64,000 nt of DNA from Diadema antillarum. Taxonomy: Eukaryota. The translations under genes were made by a program, and so were the position numbers. The stretch lies in the NCBI RefSeq assembly GCF_040938485.1, contig NW_027271555.1, positions 248,001 to 312,000 on the forward strand. Direction: 5' to 3'. The notes beneath the pieces were generated by a model. It had not been told where the DNA came from and ran no database searches. It worked only from the letters and a program-made list of their open reading frames with translations. Shown here piece after piece: positions 27,156 through 39,600 of the stretch (the first letter of the stretch is position 1; each line of letters starts with the position of its first letter).

Positions 27156-30100
27156 GCTATAATGTAGAGGAATGTCAAATCATGAATAAGACTGATATAG
27201 AAATAGAAGAAAGAAGCTTAATAGATGGACGTGGATAGGTGAGGGATGTAAGGGAGAGACAGAAGGGAGAGGAGGAGGAGGAAGAGGAGGGGGAGGGAGA
27301 GAAAAGAAAATGGAGAGGTCAACGGGGTAGAAAAACGTCATCAGGTGTGAGTGAAGGCATGTCCCCCGCACTTCGTTCGACAGCCCACGAATGAGGCCCG
27401 TTGATACCCCGTTCACCTGCGTTGATTGAGCCCTCTCCAACCGACGTCTCTTAGCACCCACTCAAAATGACCCCTTGATTAATGCTGATTGCTGGAGTCG
27501 TACTCACTCCAGAGACTCGCTTATTCCACATGTCTGCACCAACCTGCAAATGGCATACTCCTGAATTTATCTATGGTTTAGAAAGCCATGATATCAATTA
27601 TGATCACTAATTCTAGGTATTGCTGTAATATACGTTCTGTTGTGCAAGTTTCCACAATGCATCAGAAAGCATTCTAAATAACATTTGACAACTGTTGAGA
27701 TCACACTTTTCCAAGATCGGAAAAGGAAGCTGAAACAAAACCTCTTTAGAATTTCATCACTTCTATCTTGATAGTGCAAAATACACTCGCGAATTGTTTG
27801 TGTATATGTGGTCGTTCAAAGTCTTATTAATGTATATCACATTCACAATAATGTCAGTGATGCTTGCACAGGGCGGGATTCGACTTCTGGTCCTTCTTTT
27901 AAGGAGCCGATCATACTACCACTGCACCTCGGAGATAGAGGTTTCATACATAATGTTTCATACTTTACGATCCACGCAGCAATACGTATTTCTCACAAAT
28001 TGAAAAATCAATATCATTTGTGCAATGTGTACTTTGCATTTTGTTTCACTCTTTTGTTGAATAGAGAGAGATGATAACTGAATTGATACGATGGCGGGTA
28101 GGGAAGTACGCTACATTTCCCTCTGACGTGCAAGTCAGAGTGTTTACCTGTGCAAGCTGAACGTGGAATGTGTGTCAACGAAGCATTGCGAACTCTAGTA
28201 TACAGGTAGTCCTGGCAAGGGGATAGCGGGAGGGGGGAGGGGGGAGGTGGGGGGGGGGGGGGGGGGGGGGGGTAACCCAAGACCCAGCAGCTCGATGAGA
28301 ATCCAACGATCATGAAACAGCTTTCAATCAATTTCTACACGGCGCATGCGAATTGGTTATAAGAATGGTTTGGACAGTAATGACCATGTACTCTATCATT
28401 AACTACGAATGGTGTCGTCGGGTATAAAAGCTGAAAGCATGAATTCATCACATCTTAACAGACAATGCTTTAACGAGATATTACTTAGAGAGGTTACATT
28501 CTTTGTGACTCAATGTGAGTGTGTGTGTATAGATGTTGATTTAATTGGGGCTCAAAATTACTCGTGATATTTTCCCCGGGTATTTTCTCATGAAAATTCA
28601 TATTTTACTTGCAAATCCCTGTGACAATATTCGCGGTATACAGGTGTGGGCGTCATCAAGTGAAGTCCTATGATATACAGCACTATTGTAGATGACTGTG
28701 AATGGCGTCATTAGTTAGTGGAAATCTAGTGTGCAAGCAGAATTAGAACAGACAAATTGTTATTTGTGAATGAAATTGCTCTTACAGAAGTTGACAATTA
28801 TGGTGATTTTGATATGTGTGTTTTTAATACGTTTGGTTGATATCGTTGTTATTTACGCACCCCGGGATTGTTTAACTGAAGAGATCTCCTTTTCTCGTAT
28901 AAATGAGCATAAGCTCGAGGTTTTGGTCATCATGTACAATTTGTAAAGCAATTAAACAGACGGTTGCCTTGGCAACACCTTGAACCTGTCGTCTGGTCGC
29001 ACGCTGACACCAAATCAACACGTATCCAAATGATTCTGCGATTTTAATCAGCCTTGTTTGCTGACAACGCCGCGCCTTTGTTCTACGAGTTGGCGAGAGC
29101 CGGAGATATAGGAGCCCAGCGCAATCAGCACTTTCCCTGTGAAAATCATTACGGGCCTCTCGAGTCTAGGAGAATCGGGTGCCCGAAATTTCATATCAAC
29201 CCCCCTCCCCCCCCCCCCCCCATCTGTCCCCTCACCCCCACCTCTCTCCTCCCCCATCTTTCTCTCTCTTACTTCTCCTCTATCCATCCATCTATTCATG
29301 TCCTTATGTATTGTTCGTTCGTCAGTCCTTCTTTCTTTCTGTTTTGTATTCGTTCAATGTACCATGCAATGTAAATGGCATCCTTCCCAGTCCATTTAGA
29401 AAACTCTTCATCAAATTAGCTTGCTAACATGTCCGTGCATCGTATAACGCATTGCGTCATCTCGAGACAGTCTGTCATTTGGATACATAATTTTATCATA
29501 GTAAACATATTTTCCTACTAATATGCAGCGTTAATTCATTAATCTGCATATATGACACATGTGAGACGCGGTCGTAGGGGACTGCTTACAGTATTGTGTA
29601 ATCTAGAGGCTACTATCAAGCTTCACTATATTACGTAGCTACAAAAATCAAAGGTGGTAATTTACATGAGGGGCATTGGCCCACATTTATGATAACACAA
29701 TATACATACATACACACAGTCATAAACATACATACGGATGATTGTCACGTTCTCTCTGTATTCTTATCATGTGTCGCAAGAGATAAGGAGCATTCTCAGA
29801 ATGAAAAACAGATGGGTAGATAGGTGTAGATGTATTATACAAGTCTGGATGTTACATGTACTGAAGAATGAATGAAACGGAGTATGAACTAAGATATGCT
29901 CTGTGCGATTAAAGTTGTTGCTGCTTGTATTAGTTTCTTTTAATTTATTCTAGATATTAAACTGTCGGTCAGGCGTCTCAGATTTACGTGTATAGATTGA
30001 AAGCGAAATAATTGTATACACAAGAACGAGCCTTTTCTTCTTCTTTTTTTTTTTTGAATTGTTATGTTGATAGAAGCGCCACATTTACATTCTAATGTAC

Positions 30101-30559
30101 TTTGACTGAAAGTTTTTGTTTGTTTGTTTTTTTTTTACACTAAATGACTGTTATGATGGATAACATTATTTTCATCTTTCTTGTTCAAATATGAGAAAAC
30201 GCTTTCAGGCGCGACAGGTCGTCACAGAGGGCGACATTAAAAACAAGAAAATGTGCATTCAAACATTTCCATAACTTGCCGCAAGATAAATCATGAAGGC
30301 AATTGTTAAAAAAAAAAAGGAAAATGCTTTACACACACGCACACACACACACACACACATGAGACAAGACTATGGCTTCGCACCAAAAAAACAAAAAAAC
30401 AAAACTGTTTATTATACGAACAAGTTCTTGATTCATCGCCGCTCCTTATCCACTGTTTCCAAGTAATTAATTAATAAGTTCCCATGCTGATTTTAAGCCT
30501 GCAAGTTCGCAAGATACAAGCCACTAACGGCGGTTGATACGACTTTCGGCTTTAGTCAA

Positions 30560-30760
30560 ATGAGCATGCGCAGAATGTGCAAGCACGGACTGCCGCCGAG
30601 ACGTGCCAGTGTGTCAGTTCGTGTGGTTTTAGTGAGCGAGCAAACAATCGTGCGACGAAGCGGCTTTTGACGTCATCAATCCCAGACCCCCTCACAAACT
30701 TCCGGTCTTCGGCCGTGATCTCGCTTCGATGGCCAACGGCGATAAGAAAACCCCCAGCAG
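30560..30760. promoter_or_regulatory. Promoter/enhancer-like CpG patch
   Basis: GCATGCGCA (NRF1-like, 30564-30572), TGACGTCA (CRE, 30668-30675) and ACTTCCGG (ETS, 30698-30705). Confidence 0.45.
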
Positions 30761-31773
30761 AACAAATGACAAACAAAAACAATACAAAACTTTGCGTTTT
30801 CACTTCCTCTCGTCTCACACAATCTATCGCGCACACACTCTCTCGTCTTGCTTCTTCTTTCAACTTCAGAAAAACACATCAACAAAACAACCCCCACCAT
30901 TTCCCCACCCCTTGGCTCTTAAAAATAGTTAAATGTCTATTTTTGGAAGGTTATCATTGCAGCGATGATGCTAAAAGTTCAAAGTGGGTGTGGGACGAAG
31001 AGATTCTATTCTCTGTGCCACATCCTCTCCTTGCATGGGACTTTCATACTTCCGAGTGTCAGGATTCATTAGGCGAGAGTGAGCGACTTTGTTAAATCCT
31101 TCCTTTGTACGCTCACAGGTAAACGAACATAACACTACCTCCACACGCACACGCAATTCATGATCTTAAAACACGTAACGTATTGTATAAAGACACCCGC
31201 ATTAAAACGCAAATTCATTCTTCATACACAAGTCCCCTATATCTGCAAGTGCAACACAATCGGACATCCTATGGAAGAGTACGCCTAAACTCTCATGCAA
31301 CTCGCCTCTTTTATCCACCAACGTTCATTTTGAAAAGGCGTTTTGGTTTGTTGGTACCATAAACATCAAGTATCAATTCGTTAGTCAACCTTTTGAAGAA
31401 TTAGCATTTTAAATATCATGTGTGTGTGTGTGTGTGTGTTTCTTTTTTTTAACATACCAAGAGAGTCTAATATGTCTCGAGATAAAAGTGACATGACGAT
31501 AGATTGTCTCCCCAGCCTGGTGGAGACACCATCGCGTGCTTTTTTTATGGAAACAAAGGTTGGTGGAGAAAAAAAAATCCAAAGAAAAAAAGTCGTCTTC
31601 TTTCATACCCCTCCCCCTTGTGCAGGATGAAATTCAAAAATATCCTCTCTGTGTTTACTTTGAATACTCAGTAATATTCTTCGCCAGCACATTGCAATAT
31701 ATCCATTTTGCATACAACTTGGCAACAGGTTTGGGTAATTCATTACATCAAGGTAACAACTTTATACCCTTTC

Positions 31774-31845
31774 AGTATAATAACCCAAATTACAATCAAC
31801 GTACTCCTGAGTATAATAACCCAAATTACAATCAACGTATTCCTG
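31774..31845 (+). repeat. 2 x 36-bp tandem duplication
   Basis: AGTATAATAACCCAAATTACAATCAACGTA(C/T)TCCTG twice, one mismatch. Confidence 0.9.
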
Positions 31846-33089
31846 AGCTGCGTAGTTCTAACAATACTTGGATGCTCTGTGTCCCTCTATGTGAAACAAA
31901 CAAAATAAGTTCATCGTTAGTAGGTGTCTCTAAACCTGAGTTGAAGAAAATTATTATTACTGGACAGGTATAGTTGATAATCGATATTAGAGCAGTTAAA
32001 TTATTCCTTCTATAGAATAACAGCTGACTGTATCAATGTATGTCGTGTCATGTTTCAAATGAGTATTGACGAAAAAATGATGCTATATGATGAGGGACAT
32101 AGTCCTAACATTAAAGATAGAAATTGATCAGAGAATACTCAACGCCACAGAGGGGTTAAGATGACGCCTCATGTATTCTTATGTCCATGTCCACAGACAA
32201 AAATACAACTACTAGAAATTAATTCAACATTACTCTCAATCATTCTGACAGACATATTTTACATATGATACAGGCCTATACAGCCATATGCCTGCAAATA
32301 TTAACCTATATACCTTGCCTCTCCAATAAATACTCGACTAGTCAAAAAGCGCAACCTTCATGTTGTGACAGTATTTTCACCTGATGAATTTGGAATGTGT
32401 ATATATGCAGTATTATTTTTTGGTATTCTTTGATCTGTAGTCAATATCGTGAGAGGTACACGGTCAATCAAATTCCCTCTCTGTCATCCCTTTGTGACGT
32501 ATCAATCCGGACATCATGATCATATCAAATTCACTTCATTTTCTCATCAATATTACAGTCTTTGGATAAAGGGTCTGGAAAAAGGGCTTGGAAATCATCA
32601 TTTTACTCCATGATCATGATTACTATGTCTATGTTATGTGTGAGATATCGAATTTCCGCTCACGTCTATTTTAGATTTTGATTGTTCAGGATATAAAAAG
32701 AAATAAATAATTTTCTCTGTGTTGGGCGCTCGTAAGTTGTCCACGTGACCTAAATATTTAATCTTCAATCACATGTGTTATACAACTCCGTGGAAGCTTT
32801 ACATTAAAACTGCGTCACTCCAGCTATGTTACATCAAAGTTCATGTGATATGAATTCATAATTTGTATAATATCAATGTCTGCAAGCGGGACATTGCCTT
32901 TATATTCTTATTTTCAAAGTGGTTTTTATTTGATAGAACGAAAGTAATTCATGTCAAACATATCATGTTTTAAATTTTACTGGCTGTAATAATGCATAGT
33001 TTCGCCGCTTGTTAACATTTTAAGAATTAATGGGTGTCTTTCTTCCTACCTATAGTGCTACATATTTTCCCTCCAGCCTGTAGTGTACG

Positions 33090-33250
33090 GTTGTCGCCGA
33101 ATTGCGCGCGCGTAATTCTAGTGATTGATTAAGAAGGAATCGAGCGATGTCAAAATCATCACGCGAATAATTTGCCTCAAACGACCCGATTAATTAGACA
33201 ACTCATGGTATTTCTATTACTCGACTGGCACGCCACTTGTTATTTTTCAG
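33090..33250. promoter_or_regulatory. Candidate upstream cis-regulatory module about 2.2 kb before the alx TATA box
   Basis: CpG-rich patch in AT-rich DNA with CACGCG (33160-33165), AGGAA (33135-33139), CGCGTAATT (33109-33117) and GATTAATTAG (33188-33197). Confidence 0.5.
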
Positions 33251-33541
33251 TTTTCCCGACTAAAGGAGAAAAAGAGAAGAGAAAAAAAATCCCTGTGAAA
33301 TGAATTCCCCAGTGTCTTATCACCTTTCTTTCCAGATGTTGTTGATGATGTCGCTGTTTCAGTTATTGTTTTTGTATATTAGATTTCAATGTGTGTCGGC
33401 ATTATAGGACAGAAACCTTGATACTAGCCGCTTTCTTTATTTTGAAGAATTTTCATTCCACCAACTCAAGATACTTGAAAATATTATTGCGTCACTTGGC
33501 GTGAGAAAATACATGTTGGTGCCTCGGAGCTTATATTATGC

Positions 33542-33691
33542 ACCAGTGCTATACGTTTCATGATATGCCGATCATTTGAAATAATCATTAAATCATAGAA
33601 TACTGCGTCATCTGGCTCGAAAAAATGCATGTTTGTGAGCGTACCAGTGCTATATGTTCCATGATATACCGATCATTTGCAACAATCATCA
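33542..33691 (+). repeat. Diverged duplication of about 50 bp with a period of about 101 bp
   Basis: ACCAGTGCTATACGTTTCATGATATGCCGATCATTTGAAATAATCAT versus ACCAGTGCTATATGTTCCATGATATACCGATCATTTGCAACAATCAT. Confidence 0.8.
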
Positions 33692-35149
33692 AGTTTGGAG
33701 AGGGATTAAAACCTTGAAATAGGCAAACAAAGTGCACGTATAACATAAGATAAAGAAGGAATATCATATATCTATTTGTTTGCATGTGAGATATCATTTC
33801 TGGCTGATAAATTTGCAGAACTCTTTTATTTTTATTTTTCGGAATGCCCTGTATGAGTTTTGTGGTTTGACAGGGTCACTGATATGAAACACATGACTAT
33901 TCAAGTTTGCCGCTAAAACATATATTCTTCACGATAAGACTTTAAAACAGCTCCCTATCAGAGCATAATGTAAGCACACAGTGATCACTATCCTACATCT
34001 ACAGACAGTGTTGAGTATTACTGCAGAGTATCGTAAATTTAGAACCAAAACGACACAAGTCTGAGGAGTTAACGTCTGTCTGCTTCTCAATTGACTATGA
34101 CGCAACATCGTGGACAGAATTTGTATAGAAGTATGCATTTCATACTCTCCTCCTGAAATGAAATATCGCTCCATGTCCAAATGAATTTCACTGACCAGAG
34201 AAGAGAGAAACAAATAGACTAGCACAAATTTCATTACAGACATTCAGGTAGAAAGTTTTTGAGCTTTATTTGTGTTTCTCGTGTTCATAAATAAGTGAAA
34301 TGAGTCGCGCAACTGCTCGTGCAGGTTTGGTAATGTTGTCTTCGTCTCACAAATCTTTTCATGTATCATCATCCTAAAGAAATCTATTGAGTTGCATTGA
34401 TCTAGCACTGACGATTTCTGGGAGGAAAGAATTGTAGTTGCTAAATTGCCGACAAAAACATAATTTCATGAGACCTATGTGAGAACTGCGAGCTGATGAC
34501 ACCATCACTTTAGCATGGATTTCCCACGTGGTTGACTCGGTATCACCATCGGTGAAAACATGTGACGCTCAAATATTTCTTCAGAAAAGCTCTTATCCAT
34601 ATACTGTTCACTTGATTTTACACACATCATTCAAACCAACTTGATTACGGAGTGGTATTACGCTGAAACGAGTTTGGAAAGTTTCATGTGTCTTTTTTCC
34701 AGTGTCGCTTGATGTTAGATATTAATTATCAGGTAAATCAAAACGCTTTGTCAGATAGTTTACTAACATTCAGTTGGTCTCACGTTGATTATCAAACTGA
34801 GATTTTCTGTTGTGATGTTATAGCTCCCGTTTCAAAGAGAGATCTCGTAGGAAAAGTAACTCCAGTTGGTTCTGTATGAAAATCAAGGGAAAGTGGCCCA
34901 CTTGTTGCTTTTTAATTGCGATAGTGAAAGGTCAGTTTTATTTCGTTTGTCTTTAAGTGTATAATAAAACTGAGGGAGAAGCATTCATCTCGCGAGCTCA
35001 ACTTTCCCCCTCCTCTCTTCCGTCCGAATTCTAAAGCCCCCTTACAGACAAAGGTCAGATTAGTGTTACCCCGCGTCCTGTGTCATTTCTTTTGCGGGGG
35101 TCACTTTTTCCGCCAAGTTATGATCAATCGTACAAAGGCACCTGACCAC

Positions 35150-35420
35150 ACTATTAGCCAATGACCGACGCGCTATCCACTGGGGTATATCATAACAGAG
35201 CAAAGGATCGCCGACCGCGCTCACACTGCACGCCGAAAAGAACCCCGCCGCGCTCCTTTGTGTGTTAACCCTCTATACACTCTCGCCATGTGTAAAGAGT
35301 TCGGGCCCTGCATTGTGAAGCTCCAGCGAACCCTTACAGCTCGCGTGCGAGTGTGTACTTTGACTGATAGCTTTCTCACAATAGTTGTATAAAAAGTGCG
35401 GCACGCGCATCGCTGGAGAA
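35150..35420 (+). promoter_or_regulatory. Core/proximal promoter of the alx gene
   Basis: TATAAAA at 35388-35394 and CCAAT at 35158-35162. Class-C bHLH (Hes/Hairy) sites CGCGTG at 35342-35347 and CACGCG at 35402-35407. CpG-rich. A start near 35418 is inferred from TATA spacing. Confidence 0.75.
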
Positions 35421-35733
35421 CAGAGTTCGCCGCAAAGCTTGGCCGGAGAAGTCTCGGGGAAATCTTCGGATCTCTTGCCCTCTCAGTAGAAAATCTTCTC
35501 GGCAACCAAATACTCCTTATACTTTTTTTTTCTTCTCGAGCCTTGATCGCCGCATTGGTTCCAGTTTATTATATAATTGTTTTATTAAATAACCCCGTGG
35601 AATCTACTGCTCTTCACTCACAGTCGTTGGGTGATCGTTGACAGGTCCGGGTGTGTTTGCTTCGTGTAGCGGCTGCTGTCATTCTATCGCTCTTTGGATT
35701 TCTTTTTGGCCGAGTTGGTGATTCGTCATTTTC
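35418..35733 (+). other. Inferred 5' UTR of the alx gene
   Basis: Lies between the TATA-inferred start and the ATG at 35734, with no ATG seen in about 315 nt. The exact start is not determined. Confidence 0.65.
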
Positions 35734-35770
35734 ATGTTGTTCTACCCGTCTATGCCGTGTTTAGCGACAT
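35734..35770 (+). CDS. alx1: Alx-family homeobox gene, coding exon 1 (MLFYPSMPCLAT plus 1 nt)
   Basis: First ATG downstream of the TATA box. The 37-nt exon ends at a consensus donor (ACAT|GTAAGT, 35771). Its phase-1 end matches the phase of exon 2 (T+AC = Tyr). Confidence 0.85.
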
Positions 35771-36551
35771 GTAAGTATGACCTCTTCACCCCGGATAATT
35801 TCGTTTGTAACTCGCTTGTGAGATTTTGCAAACATTCCGCCTTTATGTTGCGTTCTGGAAAACTGTAATTCTGTTTCATTTAAAGTTCCGATACCTTCTG
35901 TTTGATTGTGGTGTTAGGTTGGATAATAATTATATCCAACTAAGTTATAGGAATTAGTTATATGTGCATCGTTTGACAAAATAATTTTTCTGGACAGCAG
36001 ATATGACGCGATACTTGTCATTATTATTAAGATTGTAGTTCGTCCCATTTTTCGACAGTCCCGATGGTCTATTTTCTTCTGATTCACCCTTGGATTTTCT
36101 ACTTAATTCCGGAGGATATATATTTCTTATTAGGCCCTTTTAAGTAGCTCTGCCTCAGGAAATTACCGATAATAAACCAATTTTATGCTCATTTTCCGTT
36201 AAACATCTATCAGTCGGTTGCTTAAGTTGAGCTTTCATGATCCATCAATAATTAGTCCAATAGTAACCGGCGAATATGACTTGCTGTCTTCTGTACATAA
36301 GCTCAATACTCATGTTGAAAGTGTACATCCTCGCTCCGTACAGTCAGATAAATGCTGCACATATTATGCGGCGATGTACATGTAGTTAGTCGAATCAGCT
36401 GCTAATTCGGAGAAAGTAAATATGAGGTGCAAATCCTGTCAAGTGCCAGAAACAGCCTTTTGTATCCCGCATTTCACTGCACTGCAAATGATATCCCTGT
36501 TGAAGTCATAATAGACACCATGATGAGGACTGATCATGAAGGATGGTTTGA

Positions 36552-36605
36552 TGTGTGCCATAGTACAGTCTTGGTGTCTGTGTGCCATAGTACAGTCTTG
36601 GTGTC
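36552..36605 (+). repeat. 2 x 27-bp perfect tandem duplication in intron 1
   Basis: TGTGTGCCATAGTACAGTCTTGGTGTC twice. Confidence 0.9.
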
Positions 36606-39600
36606 TTGTGCAGACTCTTATGGGGTTGAAACGAACGTCAGTTCACCAAACTTTGCTTGTTAGCTGCACAGTCTTGTTTGAAGGAAATGCCATGTGTAGT
36701 CCTCATCTTAATAGATGAACATATGCACTGTATAAATACGTATCACGTTACTTGTTTTAATACATGTCTAATCATAAAACAACACTGAATTATTGAATGT
36801 GATAGAACAGTCTCACTTATAGCATGATGATATTGTTCAGAATGTCCATGACATGATGGGGTAGCCGGTAGAGAACTTACTGTAAGGAAGACTTCAGACA
36901 CTTTCAGGAAATTGAATGACCGGTGAAACCACACGTGTAACTTATATACGTGCAAAAAGGACCTTGTCAAAAGTAACTATATAGGCCTAAGATGTTATAT
37001 TTCAATTTAGCTCACAAATAAGTTTAAGAAACAATATATTTTGTGGGTTAATGATGATTTGGAAAAAGATTTCATTAGGGCAGGATGTGAATTCACATCA
37101 AATGGATCACAGCCTGACAGCATAAATTTCAAGTGTTCTGTAGGAAGTCTGTGCAATGTGCAAGTGTTCATTCTAGACTCAGTCAAGCTCCATGTACAGT
37201 GTATGATAACATCGGGGACTGTTCGGCTGTTCATTTCTACAGACTATCACGTTTCCTTCTCGTCTAGCGACGATTAGCACAGTGAATGCACACCCTACAG
37301 CACATCGGCATCTATCCAAATCGCTGCCCCATTTTGAGCTTCATGAAAATTTACAAAAAGACACATTTTTATTTAAGGTGCAACGAAAATCTTTATGCTA
37401 TGTAAACAAAGAATAGTAGGTATATGAGTTGTCGAATTTCACGTTTTTAAGACCCAAATATCATCTTGAGTATCCTGAGATATTCTCTATAACTATGGCA
37501 CGCAAATGGTACAGTTCTAATACAATGTACAACCAGACGCTAAATGTCATTGCCCCATCAGTGAAATAATATAAATTCAAGAAAAAATGAAAGCGTGCAA
37601 ATTTGTTTCCTTTGGAGTGATTGTACGCTTTACGTCGGGGGGGGGGGGACATGTATGCCGATATGACTGTAACTCACCCCACCCTAAATAACTATACAGT
37701 TGTGAGAGTGAAATAATATTTACGTTTCTCAGTGACCCCTAGGTCACGCGTTTTACGTAATATTTCGACGTGTCGGTGACAAGTGGCAGAAGCATGGTGC
37801 GCATTTATCACTTCCCGCGGCGGAATGTTACCGACATTATTGTGGAGCTAATATTGCTCCGCTTGCATTTCTGCCAGTTGTTAGCCGCCGGAGATTTAGT
37901 TCATGGGATAGTGGCTACCGACGATTGCGGGGAAGATTACGACTCGAAGGTCGTCGAGGGTTTCGAAAATGCTTTCTGCATCATCCCGTTGCCGCGACAA
38001 ACTTTCCAAGATAGAGGGGAAAAGCAATAAAGTCATCCTCCTACCTCCTGCGTAAGCCGTACGGCGCTGTATATCATCAGTCTGTGTGTCGAAAACATTT
38101 GCTATTGGCCGTAAAACACTTACTTTCTTATGGGTGCATATTGCATTTTACCCCGTTGTGCTGTAGAAATGGACTGGGATAAACAAGACGAGTCTTGTGT
38201 TAGCTTTGAGGTACTTTGACCATGAGTATCGTTGTTGTCCTCTCTTCAAATTCCCCCCCTTGATAACCAACCCCTTCACTCAACAGATCGAACAAACTTT
38301 TCGTTAACCTTCAAACTTTCTTTTGTCTCACCCACACATCCTCCCTCTTACCTACTCTTCCCCTTTCCCCTCTCCTCGTTCGCCTTGTCACGTGACCGTC
38401 TTCTCCTCCACGCATTCATTCCTCTCTTCCCCTTCACTTCCTGTCTCGCACCGTGCACGCCATCCACGAATAGATCAAACTCTGCTACAACGTGAGCCTA
38501 CTACACTGCGCTGTAGCGGATATCCACAGACAGCCCACGTTCATGATAGACGAAGAATCTCCACTCATATTATTTTGTTGCTCTTCCAAACCGTCAAAAT
38601 CAAATTGTAGCTCGCTGTAATGACATTGTGCGTGCATGCCGTTTATTGAGGAAATAATACACGAAACTCATAAATGTGGTGTAGAATGAGAAGCTTGTAC
38701 ATGTATTCCATTGTATACCCCTCCCCCCCCCCAAAAAAAAAAAGCCAAAATAAAAAACCCAAAATATTTGATCATGTTCATGTGTTGTGACGTGTGATTC
38801 TGGCTGCTAATCGCCGCAATGCGTAGAATCTTACTAGCTTATTGCTCATAATTCCACGAAGACATAGGGCCCGCTGATTCTAGGCAAAATTATGATGGAG
38901 CAACCACAGTGTACCTCCCTTCCAGCCCCCTCCCCCTATATATTTCTGCCTATCTCATCCTCCTCTTATTCCCTATTCCCTTTCCCCATATCCTGCATGC
39001 TGATTTATTCAACTTGTTCTCCACTATCCAAGTTTCTTTGTACTATAGTATATTCTTTCTACTTGTTGGTTTCCGTTTATTTCTTTCACTTACAATGGTG
39101 ATATTGCCTGTCGTCAATATCACATGAGATTTTCTTCCTTCTGTCCTTCGGCATATCTAGCTCATCTCACTTAGAGCAGTGTGTCTTGCTTTTTAGACCC
39201 ATTTGGGCATCAATCGTGCCAATTCAAAAATAGGCGATGCCCATCAGCAGTTGTATGTGTTTCTGGGTGTGTGTATGTCTTTGTATTATTCATTGGATAT
39301 GTCGATTCACGGGTCATGGACGTGCTCCATGATTTCATGCACAATGCAGTAATCATTGCAGCCTTTTGAAACAGCATAACAGCTAAGTCGCTTGTAATGG
39401 ATGATCGCAAAATGTTATGCTTTCCCCAGAGTTGCATTACTTGATATGTGCCCACAACACACTTTTCAATTTGTCCTTGAGCAAGAAATACCCGCTGAAT
39501 GGATGTTCCTCGTAAATGGGAATCATACATGGCTCTCAGTGCTGATGATGCTTAATCGTCAAGATAAAAGAGAAGAGAAAAAGATAGTCGCAGAATGTTG

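Noticed and set aside
30577-31095. 172-aa plus-strand ORF
   Set aside because: It has a non-ATG start, crosses low-complexity CAAAA and CT tracts, and has no domain. Better explained as regulatory DNA.
31536-31973. ORF with a repeated YNNPNYNQR peptide
   Set aside because: The peptide repeat simply reflects a 36-bp tandem duplication in AT-rich DNA.
36400-37300. CpG-poor stretch in intron 1 resembling a decayed transposon ORF
   Set aside because: No transposase, reverse transcriptase or helicase motif could be read in the frames examined.
39315-39331. CATGGAcgtGCTCCATG as a fourth hairpin family member
   Set aside because: The arms are very short and there is no flanking direct repeat (CACGGGT versus ATTTCAT).
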